IMG/VR virus record: IMGVR_UViG_3300037034_000031
Direction: 5' to 3' (one strand)
Source of the DNA: a virus
DNA: 44,827 bases
The position numbers were made by a program, and so were the translations under genes. A model generated the notes under the pieces. The model did no database searches. It had not been told where the DNA came from and was given only the letters and a program-made list of their open reading frames with translations. This document shows positions 1 to 8,821 of this stretch, piece after piece; position 1 is the stretch's first letter, and the number at the start of each line of letters is the position of its first letter.

Positions 1-123
1 CCTGCTTCTGTGCAACCCGCTTACAGTGGAAGTCGATCCGGTTGTTCAAGTCGGCTAGCAGCTGCTTGTCTTCAGTCAGCACGCCCTGCACAACCACTTC
101 CAGTTGGCTGTAGTCGATCTCGA
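1..123. repeat. Assembly overlap; bases 1-123 are identical to 44705-44827
   Basis: Base-by-base comparison of the two window ends. The overlap lies inside the DNA polymerase reading frame, so it marks circular closure of the contig rather than a physical terminal repeat. Confidence 0.9.
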
Positions 124-1642
124 CCATCACACCGCCCTCAACCGCCCAGCGGCTGTCGAAGAGCTTCTTGACTTCCGACTTCCACGTACCGTCCTCGCGC
201 TGATCCCCACGGGTGAGGTTCTGCAAGTTAGGATCGGAGGATGACAGGCGCGTCGTGATCGTACTTGTGTGGTTCAGCTTATGGTGGATGATGTGGTCCG
301 CCGGGTCCACGCAGGTCAGCATCCCCTTTAGCTTACCATCCTTGCCACGAACAACGAGATATGTGCCGATCTCCTTGGTCAACGCAGACTGCTCAGAGAG
401 CGCCTTCAGGAAGGGCACGTCCTTGTTGTGGGACAATACCTCCATAACGTCCTTACCGGTGCCGTAGATGCGGTCTCCTGCGCCGTCTGTCTGCTCTCCG
501 GTCCACCGCTTCTCTGGTTTGGTGTAGCCATCGAATTTGAAGAAGCAGTCAGTCTTGCGTGTCTTCTTCTCAGTGTCCCAACCCTTGATGTTTTTGAACT
601 TAGGCTCACCCATGCGGGCACCAGACTTGAAGGTGTCCTGCCACTCTGTCTCAAAACCGATGTCCGTTTGACATTGCCCGGAGCGATACGGATGCTCTCT
701 GTAATACATCTCCTTGTTCTGGTCATAAAGACAATCGTTGAAGCTGACAGGCTCGCCGTCAAACAGCGGCCACTTTTCCGTCGTCACCAGCCTTGCCCAA
801 CCATCCGGTGTCTTGTCGCACTTGTACGGCAGGCTCTTCTCGTACTTGACCGTGCCGCCGAAGATCAGGCAGGACTTGTGCGTGTTGCTGTTCCAGTTGA
901 ACTCCAACTCGTCGGGCAGCTCAGGGATGAACTTCTCCAACTCCTCGTCGGCCACCTTCAGAGCAGCCTGCTTCTCGGCAAGGTACTTCTTGGCGAACTT
1001 CGTGTCGACGTGCAGGCCGGTATACTCCATGAATGTGGTCGCAAGCAACCCGTCCATACGGTCCTCAATCATCTTGGTCATGCCCAGCTTCTCGGCCTTC
1101 TCAATCTGTGCTAGGTACACAAGCTCGGTGTTCCCGATGTCACCACCGTTCCGCTCCTCCTCCTCAGTACCGACAAGGTAGTCGATCAGGAGGTCTTTCG
1201 GGATGTCCGGGGTGTTGACCCCATCTTCCCACAGGAGCTTCACAGCGTCGATCTTAGGCTCACCACCGTACAGCAGGGACACGTCGTTGAGGGAACACAT
1301 CTGCCAGTTAGGGTGCTGTGCCTGTAGCAGATACTCCGCGTATTGCGTGCAGAATATCTGCCCTCCGCGCTTTAAGAACGCCTCCAAGTCAGGGTTGCGG
1401 CGCGACAGCTCCCAAAGTAAATCGAATTTTATGTTATGCCCAACTAGGACCGTCACATGTTCTGGGATGTGTATGTAACTTCGCTGGCTCTTCTTCTTCT
1501 TCTTGAAGTATCTGTGCGAGCACTTGTCATCGCCTTCCAGCTTCCACCCTTCCGCCACCACCCAGTTCTCTGGGATGAAGGGGGATGCCTTCCGCTTGAA
1601 CTTCTCTATTGTGGTGGTTTCTAGGTCGAAGACGCAGTACAT
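1..1642 (-). CDS. Family A DNA polymerase, N-terminal and middle part; continues across the window junction into 44704..43974
   Basis: Hand translation from ATG at 1642 gives MYCVFDLETTT (Exo I), VGHNIKFDL (Exo II), RLSSSDPNLQNL and EIDYSQLEVVV (pol motif A). The frame is open to base 1 and in frame with the 43974..44801 ORF. It is absent from the ORF track because it runs off the window edge. Joined length is 2373 nt (790 aa). Confidence 0.92.
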   Translation of the reverse strand, partial: MYCVFDLETTTIEKFKRKASPFIPENWVVAEGWKLEGDDKCSHRYFKKKKKSQRSYIHIPEHVTVLVGHNIKFDLLWELSRRNPDLEAFLKRGGQIFCTQYAEYLLQAQHPNWQMCSLNDVSLLYGGEPKIDAVKLLWEDGVNTPDIPKDLLIDYLVGTEEEERNGGDIGNTELVYLAQIEKAEKLGMTKMIEDRMDGLLATTFMEYTGLHVDTKFAKKYLAEKQAALKVADEELEKFIPELPDELEFNWNSNTHKSCLIFGGTVKYEKSLPYKCDKTPDGWARLVTTEKWPLFDGEPVSFNDCLYDQNKEMYYREHPYRSGQCQTDIGFETEWQDTFKSGARMGEPKFKNIKGWDTEKKTRKTDCFFKFDGYTKPEKRWTGEQTDGAGDRIYGTGKDVMEVLSHNKDVPFLKALSEQSALTKEIGTYLVVRGKDGKLKGMLTCVDPADHIIHHKLNHTSTITTRLSSSDPNLQNLTRGDQREDGTWKSEVKKLFDSRWAVEGGVMVEIDYSQLEVVVQGVLTEDKQLLADLNNRIDFHCKRVAQKQ

Positions 1643-2130
1643 TAGCCGTGCATCCTTTTCAAGTCATGGAACAGCATGGACGCCTGCACTTTCAGGTCAT
1701 CCAGCGATCCGTTGTTGTCCACCACCAGCGTGGCGTCCTCTTGTGTCAGCTCGTTGGTCTCTTCGGGACCGAGGTGTTCGGAGCGATCCACCCAGATGAT
1801 CTCGTCGAAGTGGTGCATACCCGCTTCGAACTCGTCCCGCTTACGGAGACCCACGTAGATGTCGTAGTCTTCGAGGATTTCCGTGACCAGTCGGTCTTTC
1901 GGGTTGTTATAGTCCGAGATGGCCCGCTTCCAGATCGCACGATGGTTGTCGCGGTCTTCATAGCAAGCCTCCACAGACGGATACTTGATGCCCACGCCTT
2001 CGAAATACTCCATAACGCATCTCTCTGCGCAGAACCAGCTCGACGATACGAAAGACATACCCTTCTCTGCCAGCAGCTCGGCAAGGGTGTCCTTACCGTG
2101 CTGCCCGTGTCCGATGATCAGTAGTTTCAT
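1642..2130 (-). CDS. P-loop deoxynucleoside monophosphate kinase-like protein
   Basis: MKLLIIGHGQHGKDT Walker A at the N-terminus and C-terminal VVDNNGSLDDL resemble T4 gp1 dNMP kinase (MKLIFLSGVKRSGKDT ... ITNDGSLEEL). Start 2130 forms an ATGA overlap with the upstream stop; the stop shares 1 nt with the polymerase ATG. Confidence 0.65.
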   Translation of the reverse strand: MKLLIIGHGQHGKDTLAELLAEKGMSFVSSSWFCAERCVMEYFEGVGIKYPSVEACYEDRDNHRAIWKRAISDYNNPKDRLVTEILEDYDIYVGLRKRDEFEAGMHHFDEIIWVDRSEHLGPEETNELTQEDATLVVDNNGSLDDLKVQASMLFHDLKRMHG

Positions 2131-2402
2131 TGTTTCCCTTTCCAGATGTACCGGGTGTAGAAGATATGCGAAGCGCCGCAACCGAGACTACCACCGATAG
2201 CCGCAGCGAGGAATGTCGCTACGGGTTGGGAGGTGTTAGCCACCACCCAGATGAATGTGAACTGCGTGACGCTGATAAGCCATGAATTGAGCATCGCAAG
2301 CTTCCACCGGTCATCTCGGAGCAGTTTGCTATTCATGACCAGACAGAACACCGCGGAGAACTGTGCGATGAATACGACAGGTAGCCAGATCACGAGCGCC
2401 AC
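2127..2402 (-). CDS. Small membrane protein (about 3 predicted TMDs)
   Basis: 91-aa ORF with a GTG start at 2402. Hydrophobic segments ALVIWLPVVFIAQFSAVFCLV, SWLISVTQFTFIWVV and VATFLAAAIGGSLGCG. Start uncertain. Confidence 0.5.
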   Translation of the reverse strand: MALVIWLPVVFIAQFSAVFCLVMNSKLLRDDRWKLAMLNSWLISVTQFTFIWVVANTSQPVATFLAAAIGGSLGCGASHIFYTRYIWKGKQ

Positions 2403-2566
2403 GCCTTAACAGACGCGCCCATGAGCATCATAAACACAAGCAAGATCAGCAGGGCAGCCAGTCCGCCGTACAGAGGCAGCAGGACCAGCCACCATGACCA
2501 CGAAATGGTGCCGGTAAGTTTCAGGGTGATGAAGACGAGTGCGAGGATTGGTAGAAAAGATTTCAT
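2390..2566 (-). CDS. Small two-TMD membrane protein (pinholin/holin-like candidate)
   Basis: MKSFLPILALVFITLKLTG...WWLVLLPLYGGLAALLILLVFMMLMGA. ATG 2566 is preceded by GGGAGA at about 8 nt. The longer track ORF start (2653) overlaps the upstream small gene. Confidence 0.55.
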   Translation of the reverse strand: MKSFLPILALVFITLKLTGTISWSWWLVLLPLYGGLAALLILLVFMMLMGASVKAWRS

Positions 2567-2712
2567 GGTAGTTTCTCCCATGCTGCTACATTGAAGTTGT
2601 TGTGATATATTTGACGGTACAGATGTTCCAGTCCGAACTCCGTACCGGTCCACTCCACTTCCAGTCGGAGCGTACCATCTCGGAGTGTGATCTCCACAAT
2701 GAACGTGTTCAT
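2563..2712 (-). CDS. Small hypothetical protein (49 aa), not in the ORF track
   Basis: MNTFIVEITLRDGTLRLEVEWTGTEFGLEHLYRQIYHNNFNVAAWEKLP. ATGA overlaps at both ends (2709-2712 and 2563-2566) fill an otherwise 140-nt gap. Confidence 0.5.
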   Translation of the reverse strand: MNTFIVEITLRDGTLRLEVEWTGTEFGLEHLYRQIYHNNFNVAAWEKLP

Positions 2713-3929
2713 TTCACATGCCCCAGCTGAATTGCCAGACTGTCGAAGATCGACGTACGGAAGTTGTCGGCACGCTGTACGTGAGCGAACATGAGCTGTG
2801 CAGGTTCACCGTCGTACCCGACGATGGAGCTGTACTCCTCACCGTTGCGTCCGTCACCGAAGAACGCACCGTTCACCACGTGCCGGTCGTTGTTGAAGCG
2901 TGATATGTTGTGCTTGTCGCCCATACGGAACAGGGTGATGTACTCCTTGAGCTGGTCGATCCGGTTGCCCACGTGCTTCTTGAGCGCCGCGCCGCTGGTG
3001 GCAACGCCAACACCGTGCTCGTACAACACCTTCTGTCCGTAGATGTCATGGACGTGGAAGCTGCCCGTAGGGATGTGGAACGTGGCGTTGATGTTCGCCG
3101 CCTCAGTCAGCATACGCACCGCGTGGTACATGGGCCAGCTCAGGTGTTCCCGTCCGGGGTTGAACATGTTAAGACCGTGGCCGTCGTGATCGTGGTTACC
3201 CGTGATCATAACAACGTCAATCGGTACACCTACCGTGGCGAGGTTCATAATCACCTTGTTGAACAGCCACTCAATGCCCAGCTTGATCTGATCCGCAGTT
3301 CCGATGTCGCAGGCCCGACCAGAATTGATGTGCTTCTTGTCGCTCTCGATGATGTCGCCCAGACATGCCAGCACGATCTTCTCGATCTGGTAACCTTGCA
3401 TCTGGTACTGTGCGATCCGGGTAAGGACCACCTGCACCCACTCGTCCACCCGGCGCGCGGCAACCTCGCTGTCGAAGTCGTCCATGAGCTTACCGATCTG
3501 CAAGTCTGAGAACAGCAGCTCAATCGTGATCGGACGGCCAATGGTCTCGTGTACGAAGTCCGGCCATTCGAACTCCTCCGCTACCATCACAGCCTCGTCC
3601 ATCGCGGCAGACAAGAAGGTCAGGATTTCCTGCTGGTTGTTCTGTGCGTCGGACAAGTCCCGCACCTGTCGGCGCAGGGCGTTGTTGTTGTTCATCTGCA
3701 GGCGCAGCTTACGGTTCAGGTCCGCGCTGTCCATTAGCTCGGCGGTAGGCACAGCCTCTGGGTCCACGTTGGCCTCGGCGTTGATCCAAGTCTGTAGGTT
3801 CTGCCGTGTGACCTTGCTCTCTGGCGTCCACTGCTCATTCAAGAGCCGCGCCGCATCAGTCAGATTACCATTCGCCTGCTGCATAGCGTCAGCGAGTTGG
3901 TCGTTTGTGAAGTCGTTACGTCGTCCCAT
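2709..3929 (-). CDS. Calcineurin-like metallophosphoesterase (Mre11/SbcD-type nuclease candidate)
   Basis: Motifs LGDIIESD, ITGNHDHDGHG and MGDKHN. AAGGAG lies 6 nt upstream of the ATG. Confidence 0.75.
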   Translation of the reverse strand: MGRRNDFTNDQLADAMQQANGNLTDAARLLNEQWTPESKVTRQNLQTWINAEANVDPEAVPTAELMDSADLNRKLRLQMNNNNALRRQVRDLSDAQNNQQEILTFLSAAMDEAVMVAEEFEWPDFVHETIGRPITIELLFSDLQIGKLMDDFDSEVAARRVDEWVQVVLTRIAQYQMQGYQIEKIVLACLGDIIESDKKHINSGRACDIGTADQIKLGIEWLFNKVIMNLATVGVPIDVVMITGNHDHDGHGLNMFNPGREHLSWPMYHAVRMLTEAANINATFHIPTGSFHVHDIYGQKVLYEHGVGVATSGAALKKHVGNRIDQLKEYITLFRMGDKHNISRFNNDRHVVNGAFFGDGRNGEEYSSIVGYDGEPAQLMFAHVQRADNFRTSIFDSLAIQLGHVK

Positions 3930-3938
3930 GGGAACTCC

Positions 3939-4184
3939 TTAGAATGTGATTGAAACAGTGTCGCCACGATAGATTGGCTCGTACGTACCCCGGTTATCGG
4001 TCGCAAACATCTCGTCAATGGTCGATGCACCATGCTCCTGGAACGCGCCGTCCAACTGCAGGATCAACGTCCGTGAGCAACCGCCGAACGCCACTACCTG
4101 TCGCACACGTAGCCTCCCGGTCTTGATCTCACGGAGTGCAACCAGCTCTCGGAGAGGTTCAGTAGTTTTTACCTCGGTTTTCAT
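3939..4184 (-). CDS. Hypothetical protein (81 aa)
   Basis: ORF with GAGGAA upstream, packed between the helicase and the phosphoesterase. Confidence 0.5.
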   Translation of the reverse strand: MKTEVKTTEPLRELVALREIKTGRLRVRQVVAFGGCSRTLILQLDGAFQEHGASTIDEMFATDNRGTYEPIYRGDTVSITF

Positions 4185-4187
4185 AGT

Positions 4188-5447
4188 CTATTCCTCTTCA
4201 AAGTCGTCGCAGTAGCGAGCGATGTCTGGCCGGAAGTTCACCGTGCCCTTGATTGTGCGTGCGCCCTCGCGGCGCAGCTTGTTCTTAGGTGTCCCGATGT
4301 ATCGGAACTTCTCCAACGATGGGCTGTTACTGGCCCCGATGTGGATTTGGAAGTCGCAGGCACCTTGTTTGCCTGTCTTGCTGTCCTTGAGCATGGACAT
4401 GCCGGGGTACATCTCCCCGTCACCCTCGGCGCTGATCTGCGACGTAGCCAGACCGGCGAAGTTGATACCTACGCTGATCTCACGTGCCCACTGGTACATC
4501 TCTTCCAGCATCTCGTGTCGCGCGGCCCCGCCGTTGCCCCACCCGATGTTGTCGATCATGTCGTAGACCACGATACCTGCGTTGGCCTGCTCAAGCAGCG
4601 CCTCTACACGTGTGGCATGGGTGCGGTGGATGTCCATGACCCTGATCTTGTCAGGACGTCCTACAGCGTCCGCATAGGCGCGCTTGAGCGTACCGTCTGC
4701 GTTCATCTGTAGCATCTCCTCCCGCCCGATACCCAGCGCCGCCTGATACACTCTAGGCACGATCCGTCTACCCGGACCCTCGTTGTTAAGCCAGATGATG
4801 TTGAGATCGTCGGGCATCTGCGGAGCCATATAGGTGATCTCGCTGGCGATGGCCGTGGTCTTACCCTTGTCTGGGCGCGCAGCCAAGATACCGAAGTCAC
4901 CCGGACGCAAGCCGCGCATACCCTCGCGTAGACACTTCATGCGCCATTCCCAACCGCTTTCGTCGCTCTCTGTCTCTAACAGGTCTCCGATGTCTGCGTC
5001 GATGAAGTCCGACTTAGGCTTTGCCGCCAACTTCTTGAAGGTGTGTTGTGCTTCCCGTACCTTGAGACCCAAGTCAGGTAGATCACCATCGGCGTGTTGG
5101 TTGATCAGAGCAGACAGTGTATTGCTCAGGTGTTGACTGGCGATCTCGTTCTGTAGAGCCTCCTCTACCTCGTCCGTGATACCGCCCTTGGCCGCAGCCT
5201 TGACCGCTAGGGTCTTGACTGCCATCTCCTGATCGTCTGTGTTCTGGTTCCACAAGTTCATGCGGGGACCGAAGAGTTGGAAGTCGATCTCAGCGTGAGA
5301 CTTGAACTCCTTGAAGTACCGGTCGAAGTCGTCCAGCACAGAGATCGTGGCTTTACTCACCACGCTCTCGTCTAGCTGCCGCCGGTACTTCTTGAAAGCC
5401 TTCTTCTTCTTCAACAGACGCAGGAGGTTCGCGTCAAAGCCGCTCAA
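4188..5447 (-). CDS. DnaB-like replicative DNA helicase (T7 gp4 helicase-domain type)
   Basis: Walker A in GILAARPDKGKTTAIA, Walker B-like IVVYDMIDNI, RecA-fold C-terminal half. The apparent start is TTG at 5447, immediately after the upstream TAA; the start is uncertain. Confidence 0.85.
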   Translation of the reverse strand: MSGFDANLLRLLKKKKAFKKYRRQLDESVVSKATISVLDDFDRYFKEFKSHAEIDFQLFGPRMNLWNQNTDDQEMAVKTLAVKAAAKGGITDEVEEALQNEIASQHLSNTLSALINQHADGDLPDLGLKVREAQHTFKKLAAKPKSDFIDADIGDLLETESDESGWEWRMKCLREGMRGLRPGDFGILAARPDKGKTTAIASEITYMAPQMPDDLNIIWLNNEGPGRRIVPRVYQAALGIGREEMLQMNADGTLKRAYADAVGRPDKIRVMDIHRTHATRVEALLEQANAGIVVYDMIDNIGWGNGGAARHEMLEEMYQWAREISVGINFAGLATSQISAEGDGEMYPGMSMLKDSKTGKQGACDFQIHIGASNSPSLEKFRYIGTPKNKLRREGARTIKGTVNFRPDIARYCDDFEEE

Positions 5448-5852
5448 TTATTCCAGCCCATCGTAGTATTCCTGCCATGTCTGGAAGTCTTCGTGTAGGC
5501 TCTCCAAGTAACCGATCACATACTCAAAAGGTACGCCGTGTACCCACACGTATCCATCCGTTTCCCCGTCGAACACAGACTCCCAACCGCAGGCGATTTC
5601 GTGTACAGCCCCCGGTGACAGGTCTAGGAAACGCGCGGTTGCATCCTTCATCACGCTACCACCTGAGTAGGTGTTGGCGATAGCTTCTACATCCACCTCT
5701 ACCTTATCCTTACCTGTTTCCAGCGTGTAGCACCAGCCGATGATGCAGCTAGGTGCGCCGCAGGTATGGTGATATCTCGTGATGTCGAACTTCTCCTGCT
5801 CGTTGACTTCTTTAAGCAGGGCAATCAGCTTGTCCAGATTGTCGTGGTTCAT
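5448..5852 (-). CDS. Hypothetical protein (134 aa)
   Basis: Start MNHDNLDKLIALL at 5852 with an ATGA overlap to the upstream stop. The 229-aa track ORF has an Arg/Gly-rich N-terminal extension overlapping the upstream gene and was trimmed. Confidence 0.55.
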   Translation of the reverse strand: MNHDNLDKLIALLKEVNEQEKFDITRYHHTCGAPSCIIGWCYTLETGKDKVEVDVEAIANTYSGGSVMKDATARFLDLSPGAVHEIACGWESVFDGETDGYVWVHGVPFEYVIGYLESLHEDFQTWQEYYDGLE

Positions 5853-6253
5853 TGTGTCTTCTCCCAAAGTTCCGCTGCCCGTAGCAGCACGTTGTAAGCC
5901 CCAGTACCCTGCACCAGTGTGGTCTGCACAAAGGGCAGGTAGGGGTGTAAGCCACGCTCTGCCCGCTTGTCCTCCGGGATCATGGCGGGGTTCATCGTGG
6001 AAACCTGTAGCTTCCGCTTGCCAAAGTATTTGTCGCTGGTAGAGGTGCGGAAATTCGATGCTTCGTATCCCAGCAACTGGACGTATGCTAGTACGAGGTC
6101 TTCGCCCTTCTGACGTGCCTCCTCCGCTAGCTGCCACTGTAGCGCTTTCAGTGTCTCCTCGTTTTCCGTAGTCGCTTGCTGCCAGTAGCTAACATTAGAG
6201 TTGCTGAGGGCTAGTGCGCTCTCCGCCTTGCGTAGTCTATCCTGTAAATTCAT
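5849..6253 (-). CDS. Hypothetical protein (134 aa)
   Basis: ORF with ATGA overlaps at both ends. Confidence 0.55.
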   Translation of the reverse strand: MNLQDRLRKAESALALSNSNVSYWQQATTENEETLKALQWQLAEEARQKGEDLVLAYVQLLGYEASNFRTSTSDKYFGKRKLQVSTMNPAMIPEDKRAERGLHPYLPFVQTTLVQGTGAYNVLLRAAELWEKTQ

Positions 6254-6456
6254 TTCGTGTCCTTCCGTTGTGTTGCTTCGATGAAGCTGTCTTTGTCAAA
6301 GCGGGGGCTGATCATTTTGAATTGGGCTGCGAGGTTCTCGGCCACTCGGTCGAGGGTGTGGTCAATATTAGCCCCCTTACAGAGCTGATCCGGCTGGATA
6401 CGCTCCACCCGGATAGCCTCCGCAACCAGCTCGAAGTGTTTCCGTGACATGCTCAT
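6250..6456 (-). CDS. Hypothetical protein (68 aa)
   Basis: Start MSMSRKHFEL at 6456 (ATGA overlap with the upstream stop 6453-6455). Confidence 0.5.
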   Translation of the reverse strand: MSMSRKHFELVAEAIRVERIQPDQLCKGANIDHTLDRVAENLAAQFKMISPRFDKDSFIEATQRKDTK

Positions 6457-6677
6457 GTGTTCGCAGGCTCCTGTGCGGCGTCCCTCGCCGTGTTGAACCA
6501 CGTCTGCACATCCGCCTCGCTGAGTTCCCGCCCTTCAATGATCGTCAGATCGTCGGCGTATTTCAGCCGTTTGTCGCTTGCTATGTACTCCGTTACCTGT
6601 GCTTCTTTTGCATTGGACAGCACGATGTCGTAATTCTCGTACGGTTCGTATTTCAGGACTGTGTAAGTCATGGCCAT
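6453..6677 (-). CDS. Hypothetical protein (74 aa)
   Basis: GAGGAGG lies 8 nt upstream of ATG 6677. Confidence 0.55.
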   Translation of the reverse strand: MAMTYTVLKYEPYENYDIVLSNAKEAQVTEYIASDKRLKYADDLTIIEGRELSEADVQTWFNTARDAAQEPANT

Positions 6678-6680
6678 ACT

Positions 6681-6893
6681 CTAGCCCTCCTCTTTCAATC
6701 GTGCCAGTATTGCATGTGCGTAAGGCTCTACCGCCGCTGCGTCATACCCTATGTATTTCACCATTAGCGTGTCATAGTGTATAGTCTCGTCCGCACCGAG
6801 TTCGGATGCGATAGCTTCCGCACGCGAGACTTTATCTAGTGGGATTTCTTCCTCTGAGAACTCTATCCACGCGTCTGTGGAGAACTTGGCCAT
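6681..6893 (-). CDS. Hypothetical acidic protein (70 aa)
   Basis: GAGGAGG lies 5 nt upstream of ATG 6893; overlaps the primase 3' end by 31 nt. Confidence 0.55.
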   Translation of the reverse strand: MAKFSTDAWIEFSEEEIPLDKVSRAEAIASELGADETIHYDTLMVKYIGYDAAAVEPYAHAILARLKEEG

Positions 6894-7666
6894 ATCAGCC
6901 TCCTCATTTCTTCAAGTGAATGTTTCTTGGGATCGCGGTCGGACTTGATAAGTCGGACAGGCTTCCCGATGATCTGTAGCTGTGATCGCATCTTCCGGCG
7001 GGCGTTGATGCCAGCGGCGTCATCGTCCATCCAGAGTGCGAATGTTTCGTGACCCGTCTCGGCCAGCTGTGCCAGCACGGACGGCATAAGATTTGTACCC
7101 AGCAGACTAGCTGCATCGCAGACTTTCGCCACCCGACAGGCGCTCAACATATCCTCCGTCAACACGAGCACGTCCGTAGGCTCTCTGTGCGGGGCTAGGA
7201 AGGCGGGTCGGGGGTCTCGGCGTATCTGCCCTATATATTTGGGTTTGTGCCCCTTACGGAGCGCTCTGGCTTGCACAGCGACCACCTCGTCTCCCTCAAA
7301 GACTGGCATTATCACACGCTGCATAGACGGGCTGTACCCGAAGCCGTATTTCTCGATGTCTGAGTGGTTCAAGCCACCCTTAGCTAGCCAGAGTATCCCC
7401 TCTGGTGGTATCTCCTTGGTGAAGTCCTCGGGCAGCGCCGGTGGCGCGTCCCTGAAAGCCTGTGCTTGTAGCTCAAGCTCTCGTCTTTCTTGTGGTGTCA
7501 TGGCTGGTGCCGCAGAAGCGTCTTTGTACTTGCATCGGAAGCAATGCGCCGTGAACACTTCCCCGTGGTTGGTGTAACCTAATGTGCCCTTCCCGTGACA
7601 GTCAGGACAGTCCATCCGCCCCGACCGGCCATAGGGCAGACCCATCGCCAGCTTGAGCCACACCAT
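6863..7666 (-). CDS. DNA primase (zinc-finger plus TOPRIM, T7 gp4 primase-domain type)
   Basis: CPDCHGKG...HCFRCKY zinc ribbon. TOPRIM-like VLVLTEDMLSA and WMDDDAAG. Start trimmed to ATG 7666, just after the upstream stop at 7668-7670. Confidence 0.8.
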   Translation of the reverse strand: MVWLKLAMGLPYGRSGRMDCPDCHGKGTLGYTNHGEVFTAHCFRCKYKDASAAPAMTPQERRELELQAQAFRDAPPALPEDFTKEIPPEGILWLAKGGLNHSDIEKYGFGYSPSMQRVIMPVFEGDEVVAVQARALRKGHKPKYIGQIRRDPRPAFLAPHREPTDVLVLTEDMLSACRVAKVCDAASLLGTNLMPSVLAQLAETGHETFALWMDDDAAGINARRKMRSQLQIIGKPVRLIKSDRDPKKHSLEEMRRLIWPSSPQTRG

Positions 7667-7667
7667 G

Positions 7668-7937
7668 TCATACGTCGAACGTGTTGTGGAACGCCTCGTC
7701 TGTGTACACTTCGATGTGCCCACCGATCCGCACAAGATAGTCGCCCAGTTCAACATCAACCACGTCGTCTTCATCGTCTTTGTCAATGAGGAGCAGACCG
7801 TCGCCCTCTTCGTTGATCAGGGCGTACGTCGTACCGTCAAGCAGGTCGTCAATCTCGGTCATGGGGGTACAAGCCAGCACATGTAGGGCACATAGGGGCT
7901 GGTTCAGCTTCACGCTGACGTTGTTTACGCGGGTCAT
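7668..7937 (-). CDS. Hypothetical acidic protein (89 aa)
   Basis: ORF with an ATGA overlap at 7934-7937. Confidence 0.55.
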   Translation of the reverse strand: MTRVNNVSVKLNQPLCALHVLACTPMTEIDDLLDGTTYALINEEGDGLLLIDKDDEDDVVDVELGDYLVRIGGHIEVYTDEAFHNTFDV

Positions 7938-8140
7938 GATCGCTCTTTCTTCAACAGTTCAAGGGCGTGGGCTGCAATACAGTGCGCCATCTCCATAGCT
8001 TCCATCGGAGTCATGTGCACAGTCGCGCTGTCATCCTTGTCGAACCACACGGCGACACGACCCCCCACAACAGTGTCTATCTTACTTACAACCATGCTGT
8101 CGCTAGGATCAAAGGCGCAGTAGAATTTCCGTTCGCTCAT
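7934..8140 (-). CDS. Hypothetical protein (68 aa)
   Basis: ORF with ATGA overlaps at both ends. Confidence 0.55.
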   Translation of the reverse strand: MSERKFYCAFDPSDSMVVSKIDTVVGGRVAVWFDKDDSATVHMTPMEAMEMAHCIAAHALELLKKERS

Positions 8141-8334
8141 GTCTCAATCTCCTCAAGGCTTACAAAGCTCTTATCGCCCTGTAGCTGCATAAATGTGTCC
8201 GTGGGTGTCAGGTCGTCGATACCTGCGGCATGTGTCAGCTTGACGAGCAGGTCTGCGTCCCACTCTTCGGCCAGCTCTTCCAGTGACACGGTGTCACACA
8301 TATTGAATATGTCTTCGTCTTCTGCTTTGTTCAT
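8137..8334 (-). CDS. Hypothetical acidic protein (65 aa)
   Basis: Start MNKAEDEDIF at 8334 (ATGA overlap); the longer track ORF start was rejected. Confidence 0.5.
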   Translation of the reverse strand: MNKAEDEDIFNMCDTVSLEELAEEWDADLLVKLTHAAGIDDLTPTDTFMQLQGDKSFVSLEEIET

Positions 8335-8528
8335 TGCGTACCCACCGTCGCTTTGTTTGTGGTTTCGACAGCCACCGTCAGTCCGGTGATCTCGTGCCAA
8401 CGGGTCGCAGCAGTGTGGTCGTCGCCGTGAGTGTACGTAGGCCACATGCACTCCGGCACCTCCAGAAACGTATCGTTCTTGAGCCAGAGTGTGGCGGTTC
8501 GGGTTCTTGCCTTGCGTACTCGCTTCAT
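8331..8528 (-). CDS. Hypothetical protein (65 aa)
   Basis: Start MKRVRKART at 8528: ATGA overlap with the spanin stop, and AAGGAG 9 nt upstream. Confidence 0.5.
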   Translation of the reverse strand: MKRVRKARTRTATLWLKNDTFLEVPECMWPTYTHGDDHTAATRWHEITGLTVAVETTNKATVGTQ

Positions 8529-8821
8529 TTCTTCCATCTCCTTAAGAATGTAGGTTGCGGTGCGATCCAACCAGCTACACCCACCGCCACGGCCAGCAGT
8601 AGCATGATCAGCATGGTGTAGTCGGTGTTGTTCACCGTCAACGTTTCGATTGTCTGTGCATCCAGCTGTGTGCTGGTGCTCAGTTGGTTGTTGGTCGCTC
8701 CGATCTGTCCATTGGCAGCCACGTTAGGCCCGCCCCCGGCTAAGAAGCCGAGGAGTTTACTTGTGCAGGCTGTGAGCACGGTTGTCGCCCAGATCAGAAG
8801 TGCTACAGTTCGCCAAGCCAT
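8525..8821 (-). CDS. Unimolecular spanin (u-spanin) candidate
   Basis: From ATG 8821: MAWRTVALLIWATTVLTAC has a signal peptide with an LTAC lipobox. This is followed by a Gly/Asn/Thr-rich soluble segment and a C-terminal TMD (YTMLIMLLLAVAVGVAGWIA) with a basic tail (RRWKK). It sits immediately downstream of the endolysin and overlaps it by 19 nt. Confidence 0.6.
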   Translation of the reverse strand: MAWRTVALLIWATTVLTACTSKLLGFLAGGGPNVAANGQIGATNNQLSTSTQLDAQTIETLTVNNTDYTMLIMLLLAVAVGVAGWIAPQPTFLRRWKK

